Source of the DNA: Clostridia bacterium
Lineage (GTDB): Bacteria > Bacillota > Clostridia > Christensenellales > Borkfalkiaceae
Assembly: GCA_900769565.1 (NCBI GenBank)
Contig: CAAGHC010000003.1
Location: 20,949 to 84,948 of the forward strand
DNA length: 64,000 nt
Reading direction: 5' to 3'
Both the position numbers and the translations under genes were made by a program. How positions within the stretch are numbered: the first letter of the stretch is position 1; every line of letters begins with the position of its first letter. Positions 53,271-63,906 of the stretch are shown in pieces. The notes under the pieces were generated by a model that saw only the letters and a list, made by a program, of their open reading frames with translations, ran no database searches and was not told the origin of the DNA.

Positions 53271-54677
53271 TTAATAACCGTATTTTTTGCGTTTAACAAG
53301 TAAAAATATTCCCGATAATAGAGTAGCCATAAAGTCTGCAACGATTATAGAATACCAAATTCCGTCAATGCCTAAAAGCATAGGCAATATGATTACCGAG
53401 CCTAGTTGGAAAACTAACGTTCTTAAAAACGATATAATTGCAGAAGTAACGCCGTCGTTCAACGCTGTAAAAAAACCTGAACCGTAAATAGCAAAACCCA
53501 TAAACAAAAACGACAATGCAAAAATTCTAAACCCTGAAACGGTTAGATTTGTTAATTCACTATCGTACCCTACGAACAGTTTGGCTAACGGTATGGCAAA
53601 AACTTCACCCACTATTACCATAGACACGCCTAGCACGGCTAAAATTACTAGGCTTTGACCAAGCAATGATTTTAATTCTTTTTGATTCCTTGCGCCAAAA
53701 TTATAACTAACGATAGGCGCACTACCTATTGAATACCCGATAAAGGTTGCGGCAAACATAAAACTTACGTACATCATTACGCCGTATGCGGCAACACCGT
53801 TTTCGCCTGCATATTTTAAAAGTTGAATATTATACGCCATGCCAACCAAATTCATGGATATATTACTCATAAATTCCGAAGAGCCGTTTGCACACGCTTT
53901 TAAAACTGCCCTTAAATCAAAGCGGGCTTTACCCAAACGGAAAAGGCTACCGTTTTTACTAAAAAAGTATATTAGCGGTATGCCACCACCTATCACTTGG
54001 CTTACCGCTGTAGCAACGGCAGCACCGATAAGTTTATATTCTTGTGGCAATAAAATTACCAAAATAGCGTCAAGCACCATATTCGAAATCCCCGACGCTA
54101 CGGTTATCCATAACCCTAGTTGTGGTTTTTCTGATGCTGGAAAAAATGAATGAAAGAAAATCTGCAACACGCAAAACGGTAGGGCTAAAAGTATAATGCT
54201 TGCATAAACTACGGCATTATCTAAAACTTCACCCGTAGCACCGAGAAGTATTGCAATCGGCTTAATAAAGACTATACCTAGCACGGCGGATACGATGCCA
54301 ACGGCAAAGCAAACGTAAACGAAAAGTGAAAACAATTCGTTCGCCTTTTCTTTTTCACCTTCGCCAAACTTTTTAGCAACTAAAGCAGTGCCACCCGTTC
54401 CGAACATAAAACCTACGGTCGCAACAATCATTAAAAAGGGCATTATAATATTTACTGCGGTAAAAGGCACTTTTCCTGCAAAATTAGACACGAAAAGACC
54501 GTCCACCATACCATAAATGGACGTAAATATCATCATGGCGATGGACGGTAAGGTATACTTGACAAGCCTGCCGTATGAAAAATGGTCTGAAAGTTTTATC
54601 CCTTGCTTTTGCACTATATTAACCGGTAAATTAAATTCAATTATCGCTTTGGTCTTGATTTTTTTCTTCGTTTTCAT
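53271..54677 (-). CDS. MATE family efflux transporter
   Basis: 468 aa, 12 TM, MATE-like N-terminus (LPSIAMMIFTSIYGMVDGLFVSNF). The listed start overlaps the upstream gene by 41 nt, so the true start may be internal. Confidence 0.8.
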   Translation of the reverse strand: MKTKKKIKTKAIIEFNLPVNIVQKQGIKLSDHFSYGRLVKYTLPSIAMMIFTSIYGMVDGLFVSNFAGKVPFTAVNIIMPFLMIVATVGFMFGTGGTALVAKKFGEGEKEKANELFSLFVYVCFAVGIVSAVLGIVFIKPIAILLGATGEVLDNAVVYASIILLALPFCVLQIFFHSFFPASEKPQLGLWITVASGISNMVLDAILVILLPQEYKLIGAAVATAVSQVIGGGIPLIYFFSKNGSLFRLGKARFDLRAVLKACANGSSEFMSNISMNLVGMAYNIQLLKYAGENGVAAYGVMMYVSFMFAATFIGYSIGSAPIVSYNFGARNQKELKSLLGQSLVILAVLGVSMVIVGEVFAIPLAKLFVGYDSELTNLTVSGFRIFALSFLFMGFAIYGSGFFTALNDGVTSAIISFLRTLVFQLGSVIILPMLLGIDGIWYSIIVADFMATLLSGIFLLVKRKKYGY

Positions 54678-55923
54678 TAGTTAAGGGTATAAATGGCTTA
54701 TCGAACGGCTCGTTTTTAAATATTTTGCCGTAAGGAAGTGCAACTAATACACCTACGAATACTATGCCTGCCCAAACTAAAATAAGATTTCCCCAACCTA
54801 TGGTGTCAACTGAATTTGCAAAGAACGTGTTTGCAACCGCCGCCCCAACGTAACTTAAACAGTCTAAAAAGCCCGTTATACTAGATACTTTACCCGTATC
54901 ACGAAGTCTTGGACAGTAAACGCTATATAGCATTGTAGACGCACCTTTCGACGCCATTACGGCAAGGGTTAACAAAATTATGTTAACAAAAGTAAATTGT
55001 GGCTTTACAAAGTAGGTCGCTAAAAACAGTATTACCGATAAAGAAAACATTAACAGTACGGTAAAGTTCATTCTGTAGTTAAGTTTTTCGTATACGAAAA
55101 TTGCGATGAACGTTACGAACGACATTACAAAAGTAGTAACGGTAAATATCATTGCCGAGTCACTTGCACTAAACCCTATGTATTGCGCAAAATATTGTGG
55201 CATCCAAAAAACTACCGAAGTCCTTACTATACCAGTTACAATTGACACTAATGAAAACTTAATTATTCCGTGTTTAATTAGCCCCTTAACGCTACCATTT
55301 ACTTTAATATTTTCTTTTTTATGCTCTCTATACTTAACTATTCCCTGCTTTTCAAACACCACGAAAAAGAAAAACACCACTAACGCCATTAATATAAGCG
55401 AAATACTGCTTACCACGAATACTGATTGCCAAACTATGGATGCAGCGAGTATTCCCGCAATGGGTGAACCTAAAAATGAGGCGAACACGTATCCCACGTT
55501 AGTGCGAGTCGCATATAACGGCTCTACACTTTCGGAAACCACTTTAGTCATTGGCCCGTAGACCATTGCAAGGAAAAAACCCGTCATGGCGTAAGCAATC
55601 GTAGCACCGAGTGGAATATCTTTTAAAACGAGAAACAAAAAGTTGGTCACACCGCCAAGCGCTAGACCTAAACTTATCATATATTTGGCTTTAATTTTAT
55701 CACCGATTGAACCGTTTATAAGTTGGCCTACTGCATAAAAAATAAGGTAAGTAGAAGAAATCTTGCCTATGAATTCGTTTGAATATCCACCCGTAACAGG
55801 GTCGGTCATCTGTGGCGTTACCGCACTCAAAACGTTTCTTGCAATATAAACTGCTAAATAAGCTATTGAACACAGCGTTCCTAAACAAAGTGCGTTTTTT
55901 GCTTTTTTACTCAACTTTTTCAC
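54637..55923 (-). CDS. MFS transporter
   Basis: 428 aa, 12 predicted TM helices. Confidence 0.8.
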   Translation of the reverse strand: MKKLSKKAKNALCLGTLCSIAYLAVYIARNVLSAVTPQMTDPVTGGYSNEFIGKISSTYLIFYAVGQLINGSIGDKIKAKYMISLGLALGGVTNFLFLVLKDIPLGATIAYAMTGFFLAMVYGPMTKVVSESVEPLYATRTNVGYVFASFLGSPIAGILAASIVWQSVFVVSSISLILMALVVFFFFVVFEKQGIVKYREHKKENIKVNGSVKGLIKHGIIKFSLVSIVTGIVRTSVVFWMPQYFAQYIGFSASDSAMIFTVTTFVMSFVTFIAIFVYEKLNYRMNFTVLLMFSLSVILFLATYFVKPQFTFVNIILLTLAVMASKGASTMLYSVYCPRLRDTGKVSSITGFLDCLSYVGAAVANTFFANSVDTIGWGNLILVWAGIVFVGVLVALPYGKIFKNEPFDKPFIPLTNENEEKNQDQSDN

Positions 55924-56003
55924 GTCGTTCCTCCTTTTTTTGTGGTGATTTTTAAATTGTGATTTAGTATATATTAGACAGTTAAAAAAGTCAAGTAAAA
56001 AAA

Positions 56004-56037
56004 CGGCTTGGAACTAACTTTTCTAAGCCGTTTTTTT
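56004..56037. terminator. bidirectional terminator
   Basis: CGGCTTGGAA...TTCTAAGCCG flanked by A/T runs. Confidence 0.6.
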
Positions 56038-56053
56038 ATTCAAAATTGCATGC

Positions 56054-56776
56054 TTAAACCAAAAAAGGTTGTTTATTTACACGGTGAACTATAATCTCGT
56101 CAATTACGGCGTTTCCACGGTTTTTAAGCATAAACATTACTATATCTGCAACGTCTTCTGGCATAATTTGTCCTTCGCTAGTTAGGTCTGGGCGAGATAT
56201 TTTTATCATATCGGTATACACCCCACCCGGCGAAACGGCGTGCACACGAACACCGTCGTTATAAACTTCGCTAGCAAGCGATTTAGTAAAGCCTAAAAGT
56301 GCGTGTTTACTTGCCGTATAAGCGCTCTGCAAAGGGTATCCTGCGTGTCCTACTACCGAGCATACGTTAATAACGCTTGCCCTTTTTGATTTTTTCAAAT
56401 ACGGCAAGGCTTTTTGAGTTAACATAAACGGAACTCTTGCGTTTATTGCCATTATTTTATCAAAAATTTCCCGTTCGGTTTTTTCAAAAGGGGCGCTGTG
56501 CGCCATGCCGGCGTTGTTAATTAGAATATCTATTCCACCCGTCTTTTCTATCGCCCTTTCAAAACAATCGTCAAGCGTCTTATCAGAAGTTAAATCGCCC
56601 TCGAAAATATAGGCTTTTGCCCCTAAATCTTCAATCATTTTCTTGCTTTCTTGCAGTTTTTCCATTTTATTACCACCAAAAAGAACGATATTCACCCCTT
56701 CTTTTGCTAGTGATAAACAAATTGCTCTACCTATTCCACCACCAGCACCCGTAACGAATGCAACTAAATCTTTCAT
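56054..56776 (-). CDS. SDR family oxidoreductase
   Basis: TGAGGGIGRA and YTASKHAL motifs. Start at the ATG after aaggagag; the ORF extends to 56812. Confidence 0.85.
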   Translation of the reverse strand: MKDLVAFVTGAGGGIGRAICLSLAKEGVNIVLFGGNKMEKLQESKKMIEDLGAKAYIFEGDLTSDKTLDDCFERAIEKTGGIDILINNAGMAHSAPFEKTEREIFDKIMAINARVPFMLTQKALPYLKKSKRASVINVCSVVGHAGYPLQSAYTASKHALLGFTKSLASEVYNDGVRVHAVSPGGVYTDMIKISRPDLTSEGQIMPEDVADIVMFMLKNRGNAVIDEIIVHRVNKQPFLV

Positions 56777-56850
56777 AACAACTCTCCTTATTTCTCGTTT
56801 ATTATACCACAATTACTAACCCGTTCGCAATTGATTTTTAATTTAGCGAA

Positions 56851-56889
56851 TAATAAAATAAAAATTACCGAGCGCACTAATCTCGGTAA
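56851..56889 (-). terminator. Rho-independent terminator
   Basis: TTACCGAG...CTCGGTAA followed by a T-rich run on the minus strand. Confidence 0.55.
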
Positions 56890-56898
56890 TCTATTTTA

Positions 56899-57894
56899 CT
56901 ATAAATATTTTTTAAGGCTATCTTTTAAGCATTCTGCATACTTGATAAAACCTTTTTCAACGGGGTGCACTCCGTCTGGCGAAAAATTTTCTTTGTCACA
57001 CGACAAGAATTCGGTAGTATTTATTACCGTTACCATATCAAACCAACTTGCTACTTCTGTTAATTTTTCACGAAGTTTGACTAAATTATCAATGGGTATC
57101 ATTAAATGAGACGTTTGACAATAATTTAACGGTAAAATCAAGAATATCGGCTTATCTTTATGTACTTTGCTAATTTTTTGCAAAAAGTCCTTACAATCGT
57201 TTGCAACTTCATTTAAGTCGTGGTAACCGAAATCATTAATACCAAGCGCTATCGTAACAAAATCTTCGTTATAGTCAGCAGTTTCATCAATAATAACTTC
57301 TTCAAAAAAAGCACTGCCTACACCTAAATTTATCACTTCGTATCCCGTTTGGAAACCCAAGATGTTAGCGTATGATAGCGACGGCTTTCTAGCGTCGTAT
57401 CCTTGTGTAATAGAGTCGCCGTAAGCAACAATCTTGCCTTTTTTCTCTGCGGGATAAAATTTAGCGCCGTCGGATAATTCCACGCTCTTGATTTCCGCCC
57501 TAAAAAGGTTTGGGAAGAAAAGGGTAACTCTATTTTCTTTGCCGTCTAATTCAGTAAAAATTTCACCAAAGCGCTTTTCAGCCTGCTCTTCCCCCACCGT
57601 TAAACAGAGTTTTCCGTTAACCAAGACGTCAAAATAATACCACGCTCTAGATGACGATTTTTTAGCGTCTACGTAATGCACTCTTATAAATTTGCTGTCC
57701 GTATAAAAATCAAAATACACGCCTGCCGTTGCATAGCACTTATTCACAAATTCATAATCTACAGCCATTTTAGCACTAGCAAAGCATTGCACTTGACTTT
57801 CTTTCATACGATAAAAAGCAAAACCACTTGGTAACTCTTTGCTATCAGCATATCCAAAAGTTATTTTTTTTATTTCTTCAAAATTTAATAACAT
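56899..57894 (-). CDS. SGNH/GDSL hydrolase (sugar O-acetylesterase-like)
   Basis: GDSITQGY block I and a C-terminal D-G-V-H-P block; ~150-aa N-terminal beta-rich domain. Confidence 0.7.
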   Translation of the reverse strand: MLLNFEEIKKITFGYADSKELPSGFAFYRMKESQVQCFASAKMAVDYEFVNKCYATAGVYFDFYTDSKFIRVHYVDAKKSSSRAWYYFDVLVNGKLCLTVGEEQAEKRFGEIFTELDGKENRVTLFFPNLFRAEIKSVELSDGAKFYPAEKKGKIVAYGDSITQGYDARKPSLSYANILGFQTGYEVINLGVGSAFFEEVIIDETADYNEDFVTIALGINDFGYHDLNEVANDCKDFLQKISKVHKDKPIFLILPLNYCQTSHLMIPIDNLVKLREKLTEVASWFDMVTVINTTEFLSCDKENFSPDGVHPVEKGFIKYAECLKDSLKKYL

Positions 57895-57896
57895 GA

Positions 57897-58823
57897 TTAA
57901 AGTCTATTAAGAAAATCAACAAATTCTAAATTATAATCGTCCCTAATCTTTTTAAATTTCTCTATAAGTGGTTTAATCTGTTCTTGATTAAAACTTGCGT
58001 TCGGTCTTCTGCAGTAGCCTTGACCTATACCAAAATAAGATAAAATCGCTTTTAAACTTGGCAAGAACGAACTATTAACGAATGCGTCAACAATAAGCAC
58101 GCCCGCCTCGTTCAATCTTAAAAACTCTTGCATATCGCCTTTTAAGAAAGCGTCCCTTTGCGCAATAAAAAGTTCGGGCGCAAAGTTATAGGTAGTACCG
58201 ATAGCACCGTCTATCCCCGTAAGCATTGCAGAACCTATCATTTCATCTGCGCCACTAAAAATGAGTTTGTCTTTTAAATTAAGTTTAAGCATCTTCATCA
58301 TATAGTGGTTATGATTTGTGTATTTCATACCTGCACAATTAGGTATATCGCAAAGTTCTTTAGTTTCAGCAATACTAAACGAACGAGTAAGTACGTTAGT
58401 ATACATGAGCATAGGAATTTTAACACTTTGCGCAATTTTGGTATAATAATCTTTAATCATTTCAAAAGAAAACGCACCAAAATACGGTGGAACGGAAGAA
58501 ACTGCGTCTGCACCGATGCTTTCGGCATATTTAGTAAGTTCTACGGCAGTATTAGTGTCGTTTGCGCCCGTATAAGCGATTGCCGGAACTTTGCCACCTA
58601 TTTCTTCTACGCAAATTTTAATTACTTTTTTCCTTTCTTCAACGTCCATTAAAAAGCCTTCACCCGTAGCACCTGCTATGTAAAAGCCTTCAGCTTTTTT
58701 ATTTAATAATTCCCTTACAATCGCTCTTTGCGCTTGTTCATCTACTTTGCCGTCCTTATCGAACATAGTTACGACTGCGGGAATAATGGGAAATTTACAA
58801 AAATTCATAACAATATCCTCCAT
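57897..58823 (-). CDS. DapA/NanA family (class I aldolase) lyase
   Basis: PAVVTMFDKDGKVD, GATGEG and the GMKYT Schiff-base lysine context. Confidence 0.8.
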   Translation of the reverse strand: MEDIVMNFCKFPIIPAVVTMFDKDGKVDEQAQRAIVRELLNKKAEGFYIAGATGEGFLMDVEERKKVIKICVEEIGGKVPAIAYTGANDTNTAVELTKYAESIGADAVSSVPPYFGAFSFEMIKDYYTKIAQSVKIPMLMYTNVLTRSFSIAETKELCDIPNCAGMKYTNHNHYMMKMLKLNLKDKLIFSGADEMIGSAMLTGIDGAIGTTYNFAPELFIAQRDAFLKGDMQEFLRLNEAGVLIVDAFVNSSFLPSLKAILSYFGIGQGYCRRPNASFNQEQIKPLIEKFKKIRDDYNLEFVDFLNRL

Positions 58824-58852
58824 ATTTATTTTTTATATATATTTTTTATATA

Positions 58853-59806
58853 TTATTGTTTAGGTTTAGCTAGTTCTGCCATTATACCTAAAATATCAAC
58901 GTCTTTCATAACTTCAATAATGTCAGCCCTGCCCCTGTCGCTAATTTTAGGCGTGTTAATATAGGCTATGTTACTAGCAACCTGCTCTTTAGTATCTGCA
59001 CCTAAAACCAAACTAGTAACGCCACCTAAATCTCTGATAAAGGCAATCGCAAGTTCTGGAACGCTCATGTTTTCACCATTTGCAATTTCACGCAGTTTCA
59101 TTAAATACGGACCTGCAAGACTTTGTAATTCGGGCGTTCTCATATTAGACGGGTCAAGAAAAAATAGGCCTTGGAAAAATACGCTACGTACGAAAACGTG
59201 AATATTTTTCTTGATAAGTTTATCTAAATAGCCTTCTTTAAGCACCCTTAAATCGAAGATATTCATAGGCACTTGTACGGCTTGGAATGCGTCGCCAAGT
59301 TCTAGCATTATCCCTAACTCGCTAGAAAATCTCGCCATAGAAAAACCCGTTATGTCAACTAGTTTTTGCTCTTTGAGTTTTGTGAACGCTTTAGCAATTT
59401 TTTCACCGTGTAAAATACCGTTTACGGGCGTATTATGTAAAAGCAAACAATCTACTTTTTCTAAACCTAGTTTTTCTAGCGACGTTTCCACCGACGAAAA
59501 CACTTCGCTCTCAACTTGAGCATAAGTCGCATTTTCGTCTAACAAGCATTTATATTTGGTTGTAATAAAGGGCATTTTCCCCTTATAACCAGCAAAAAAC
59601 CTACCTAGAACGTCTTCCGATTCGCCGTACAATCTAGCCGTATCAATAGCCGTTATTCCATTTGAAAGGGCAGTTGAAAGCATCTCAAAACTCTTTTCTT
59701 CAGACGGGCGACCTGCATTGTTTGCAATGCCATAGTTCATGCCTAGTTGCACAGTCCCGAGTGAAATTTGAGAAACAGACTTGCCGTTTATTAATCTATA
59801 TTCCAT
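58853..59806 (-). CDS. aldo/keto reductase
   Basis: 317 aa; LGTVQLGMNYG, DTARLYGESE. Confidence 0.85.
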   Translation of the reverse strand: MEYRLINGKSVSQISLGTVQLGMNYGIANNAGRPSEEKSFEMLSTALSNGITAIDTARLYGESEDVLGRFFAGYKGKMPFITTKYKCLLDENATYAQVESEVFSSVETSLEKLGLEKVDCLLLHNTPVNGILHGEKIAKAFTKLKEQKLVDITGFSMARFSSELGIMLELGDAFQAVQVPMNIFDLRVLKEGYLDKLIKKNIHVFVRSVFFQGLFFLDPSNMRTPELQSLAGPYLMKLREIANGENMSVPELAIAFIRDLGGVTSLVLGADTKEQVASNIAYINTPKISDRGRADIIEVMKDVDILGIMAELAKPKQ

Positions 59807-59814
59807 AATCTTTT

Positions 59815-60597
59815 TTATTTTGCAGTATAGCCACCGTCAACAGGAATTACCGTACCTGTGATATATTCAGACGCATTAGAGGCAAGGAATAAAACAATGC
59901 CCATAAGGTCGGTATCGTTTGCCATTCTCTTAAGGAAAGTTCTATCGTTGTATCTTTCAACAAAGAGCGGATGTTGATTATTGAAAAAACCACCCGGTTG
60001 AATTACGTTGCAACGAACGTTCTTCGGACCGTAGTAACTTGCCATAAATCTAGTAAGGTTAGTCATACCACCTTTATGGAAGAAATAATCAGGCGCATTA
60101 AATCCACTAAAGCCAACACCATTATATAAGGTATCGTCAGGTCCTAATATGCCCATGTACGAACCGATATTGATAATGCTACCACTACCATTTTCAGCCA
60201 TGTGGTCACCAAACGCTCTGCACATTGCAAAAATACCCGTTGCGTTAACGTCCATACTCTTTTCAAAAGATGCTATGTCGTCGTTATAACTTTTCATAGA
60301 ACGAAGAACGGAGTTGTTTACTAAAATATCAACCTTTCCATCAACAGCGATAATCCTGTTTAAGAAATCTAAAATACTCTTTTCGTCGCTTTGGTCAAAA
60401 CTTTCTCCAACCACGTTAAGTCCTTCTTCTTGCATCAATTTAGCATATTCAACGTTGCTATCAAGATTTCTAGACGCGGTGTAAACCTTTGCGCCTGCCT
60501 CTGCAAGTGCACGGGTGATTTGTCTGCCGTAAAGACCACTACCACCGGTAACGACTGCTACTTTGCCTTCAAGATTAAATAAATCTAAAACGCCCAT
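59815..60597 (-). CDS. SDR family oxidoreductase
   Basis: VTGGSGLYG Rossmann motif; 260 aa. Confidence 0.85.
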   Translation of the reverse strand: MGVLDLFNLEGKVAVVTGGSGLYGRQITRALAEAGAKVYTASRNLDSNVEYAKLMQEEGLNVVGESFDQSDEKSILDFLNRIIAVDGKVDILVNNSVLRSMKSYNDDIASFEKSMDVNATGIFAMCRAFGDHMAENGSGSIINIGSYMGILGPDDTLYNGVGFSGFNAPDYFFHKGGMTNLTRFMASYYGPKNVRCNVIQPGGFFNNQHPLFVERYNDRTFLKRMANDTDLMGIVLFLASNASEYITGTVIPVDGGYTAK

Positions 60598-60747
60598 ATC
60601 AATTTCTCCTATTAAAATCGTTTTGTATTTAAAAGTTTAGCACAATCAAAGCGTAATTTCAAGAATATATACGACATTTTTTAATAATAATGTCGCATTT
60701 AGCAACTATTGTTTGACTTTTAGCCATATATTTGTTAAACTGCAGAT

Positions 60748-61653
60748 ATGAACACTTATACTCAATCACAAAATATATACTGTTGTAACTTTTCTTTCGG
60801 TGGCGTAAATTTTTCTGCATTTTTAGACCCTACTTTTTTTGAAAAGCGCATAATCGACCCAAAAGTAATAAAAACGTCTTATCCTACGCACAATCACGTT
60901 CACCACGAATTGATTGCCGTTTTGAACGGCTCGATTACCACTAAAAGTAGTGAACATTCGGTTTCAGTACATAGTGGTGAATGTTTGTTTTGCCCCGCCA
61001 AACTAATACATGCTACTCAAAACGTATTAGGTACGGAAATACTTTCAATAGGTTTCACATTTAAAAAAAGTGGACGAAAGGCTGACGACGTTTTCACCTA
61101 TTTTTCTGAACTTTTAAACCCTAATAAACCGATAGTACTTAAAAACCAAAAAGAGTTGTTCGATAAAATAGTAAAAATTAAAAAGGTCTTATTAGAAAAC
61201 CAACCGCTTTATCACTTTGAAATTCAAACCCTACTTCAAGAGATAGTATTGCTTTTATGCCGAGAACTTAATAAATTAAGCGAGCGCAAGGTCAAAAATC
61301 CAAACCTTTATTCTAGCAATAATCTTTCATTTTTAATAAACTTGAAGTTAAACGTGCCTATTGCAAACCTTAATTTAAACACTATCGCTAAAGAACTTTT
61401 TATAAGCCCAAGGCAGTTGGAACGCTTGATAAAAAATATTTTCGGAATGTCGTTTGCAGAGCGACGTGCCTTTTTAAGAACGGAAAGCGCTAAAAATTTA
61501 CTCATTGAAACAGATTTATCTATAGAAGAAATTTCAAATCTCGTCGGTTTTTCAGATAAATCGGGTTTTTATCGCGTCTTTACTAAAACGACAGGTCAAA
61601 CACCAGCAAGTTACAGAAAACAGCACAAACACAAAACTAAGCAAGCAGAATAA
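60748..61653 (+). CDS. AraC family transcriptional regulator
   Basis: Cupin N-terminus and C-terminal HTH pair (LNTIAKELFISPRQLERLIKNIFG ... IEEISNLVGFSDKSGFYRVF). Confidence 0.8.
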   Translation: MNTYTQSQNIYCCNFSFGGVNFSAFLDPTFFEKRIIDPKVIKTSYPTHNHVHHELIAVLNGSITTKSSEHSVSVHSGECLFCPAKLIHATQNVLGTEILSIGFTFKKSGRKADDVFTYFSELLNPNKPIVLKNQKELFDKIVKIKKVLLENQPLYHFEIQTLLQEIVLLLCRELNKLSERKVKNPNLYSSNNLSFLINLKLNVPIANLNLNTIAKELFISPRQLERLIKNIFGMSFAERRAFLRTESAKNLLIETDLSIEEISNLVGFSDKSGFYRVFTKTTGQTPASYRKQHKHKTKQAE

Positions 61654-61660
61654 ATTAAAA

Positions 61661-61691
61661 GCACCGAATTAAAATCAACTCGGTGCTTTTT
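61661..61691. terminator. bidirectional terminator
   Basis: GCACCGA...TCGGTGC followed by TTTTT. Confidence 0.65.
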
Positions 61692-61710
61692 ATCTTTTGT
61701 TATCACTAGT

Positions 61711-62157
61711 TTACGGTAAAAGTTTAAATACTGCTTTTTTAACCTTTTCTGCTCCACCAACTTTTATGCCTGCCATATGAAGTTCGTAGGGCTTAAAGAA
61801 TACACAGTTAGTACCGTCAAGCATAACTTCTTCCGTGCATAAGGCATTATCAAGTTCGTAATCGCCGTCAACGTCAAACGGAGTGGTTATCTCATCAATC
61901 TTTTCTGCTTTTTGCACGATTTCTTTACCGCTCAAGATTACGTGAATATCAATATATTTTTTATGCCATTCAAACACGCCTTTAGCATCTTTGGTTTCGT
62001 ACTCAAAAACGTTTATGCAGTTTCCGTCACCAAGACTATGCGAGCCTAATTCCAAATTTTTAAGGTCGTTTTTAGATAAAAATTCCTTAATCCTTGCTTT
62101 TAAATCAGCACTAATTTCGTTTAATGACAATATTTCGTCAATTTTACAAGTTAACAT
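61711..62157 (-). CDS. YhcH/YjgK/YiaL (DUF386) family protein
   Basis: 148 aa; FEWHKKYIDIHVILSGKE and FFKPYELH are typical of the family. Confidence 0.7.
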   Translation of the reverse strand: MLTCKIDEILSLNEISADLKARIKEFLSKNDLKNLELGSHSLGDGNCINVFEYETKDAKGVFEWHKKYIDIHVILSGKEIVQKAEKIDEITTPFDVDGDYELDNALCTEEVMLDGTNCVFFKPYELHMAGIKVGGAEKVKKAVFKLLP

Positions 62158-62193
62158 ATTTTTTCTCCTTACTTTTTATCGTTACCGTAAAAA

Positions 62194-63906
62194 TTATTTC
62201 ATAATTTCTTCAAAAGCCGTCTTGGTTTTTTCAAAAATTTCAACTGCCTCTTGTTTACTACCGCACTTTAACGAATAATAAACTTTAAGTTTGGGCTCTG
62301 TTCCACTAGGTCTTACGCAAACAAACCCACCGTCTTTAAGTTCGTAGTAAACAGCGTTAACTTTAGTGCAATCTAGTTTTTCTACTCTGCCGTCGCTTAA
62401 TTTTCTTTCAAGGCTAGAATAATCTCTAGTTGCAACTACGTCTAAATCCCCGATTTTATCAACGCTAATCGTCTTAAGTTTATCAACCACGGCGTTCATT
62501 TCCTTCATAGCGTTAAGCCCACTATACTTGATGCTAACGTTCGTATCGAAAACGTAACCGTACTTTTGATAAAGTTGTTGTAAGCGCTCGTAAACGCTTA
62601 TGCCGTGATAATTATAGTAACATACCATCTCTGCAAACAACATGCTTGCAACTACGGCATCTTTATCTCTACAATGCGTTCCACGTAGGTATCCGCAACT
62701 CTCTTCAAACCCGAAAATAAATTCACGCTTACCCGTATCGTCAAACTGCTTTATCTTTTCACCTATGAACTTAAAGCCTACGGGCACGTCCATAAGTTCA
62801 ACACCGTAATCGTCGGCAATAAGTTTTGCCATGCCCGTCGTAACGAAACTCTTTACCACAAACCCTTTGTCGGTAAGTTTGCCCGTTTCTGAAAGCCTTT
62901 TAAGCACGTAATCTAAAAGCAATGCGCCCGATTGATTACCCGTTAACGCAACGAATTCACCGTTTTCATCTCGTAGCGCTACGCCAAGTCTATCGCAGTC
63001 TGGGTCTGTGCCAAACACAACGTCTGCCGACTTAAAGTCTGCCATTTTAATACCAAGCGTAAGCGTTTCTTTTACTTCGGGATTAGGAACTTCAACAGTA
63101 GAAAATTCGGTGTCTTTAACCGTCTGTTCAGGCACTAACGTCGCAGATATGCCTATCTTTTTAAGTATAGTCGTCACCGGCACGTATCCACTACCATGCA
63201 CGGGCGTATAAACGATTTTTATGCTCTTTCCTACCTTTCTAACTTCTTTTGGGGAAAGAGAAAGTTTCTTTATTGTCTTATAATATTTTTTGTCAATGGA
63301 CTTGCTTACTGCATGAATATTCTTTATCGCTTTAGCGTCAAACAAAATTTTATCGGATAAACAACTGCCGATTTGGTCAATATATTTAACTACTTCGGCG
63401 GTCGCCTCGGGTGACATTTGCGCACCGTCTTCCCCGTAAACTTTATAACCGTTGTACTCTTTAGGATTATGGCTCGCCGTAATCATTATGCCGGCAATAG
63501 TTTTTAATTGCTTTACCGCATAAGAAAGCATAGGCACTGGGTGCACGTCGTCAAACAAATACGCCTTTATTCCGTTAGATGCCAAAACTACTGCTGATGC
63601 AAACGCAAACTCGTAAGAAAGCCTTCTCGTGTCGTAAGAAATTACAACACCACGTTCCATTGCTTGTCTGCCAAGCGTTTTTATGTATTCCGAAAGGCCT
63701 TGTGTAGCACGCTTTACTGTATGAACGTTCATCATGTTCGTACCAAGCCCGATAATTCCACGCATTCCTGCCGTGCCGAATTCTAGGTCTTTACCAAAAC
63801 GATACTCTATTTCCTTATCGTCGTCAGATATAGCCATAAGCTCGTTTTTTTCTTTTTCATCAAGAATGCTACTGTTTAGCCATTCATTATATAATTGTTT
63901 ATACAT
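62194..63906 (-). CDS. phosphoglucomutase/phosphomannomutase family protein
   Basis: TASHNPKEYNGYK phosphoserine loop, GTDPDCDR metal loop; 570 aa. Confidence 0.9.
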   Translation of the reverse strand: MYKQLYNEWLNSSILDEKEKNELMAISDDDKEIEYRFGKDLEFGTAGMRGIIGLGTNMMNVHTVKRATQGLSEYIKTLGRQAMERGVVISYDTRRLSYEFAFASAVVLASNGIKAYLFDDVHPVPMLSYAVKQLKTIAGIMITASHNPKEYNGYKVYGEDGAQMSPEATAEVVKYIDQIGSCLSDKILFDAKAIKNIHAVSKSIDKKYYKTIKKLSLSPKEVRKVGKSIKIVYTPVHGSGYVPVTTILKKIGISATLVPEQTVKDTEFSTVEVPNPEVKETLTLGIKMADFKSADVVFGTDPDCDRLGVALRDENGEFVALTGNQSGALLLDYVLKRLSETGKLTDKGFVVKSFVTTGMAKLIADDYGVELMDVPVGFKFIGEKIKQFDDTGKREFIFGFEESCGYLRGTHCRDKDAVVASMLFAEMVCYYNYHGISVYERLQQLYQKYGYVFDTNVSIKYSGLNAMKEMNAVVDKLKTISVDKIGDLDVVATRDYSSLERKLSDGRVEKLDCTKVNAVYYELKDGGFVCVRPSGTEPKLKVYYSLKCGSKQEAVEIFEKTKTAFEEIMK

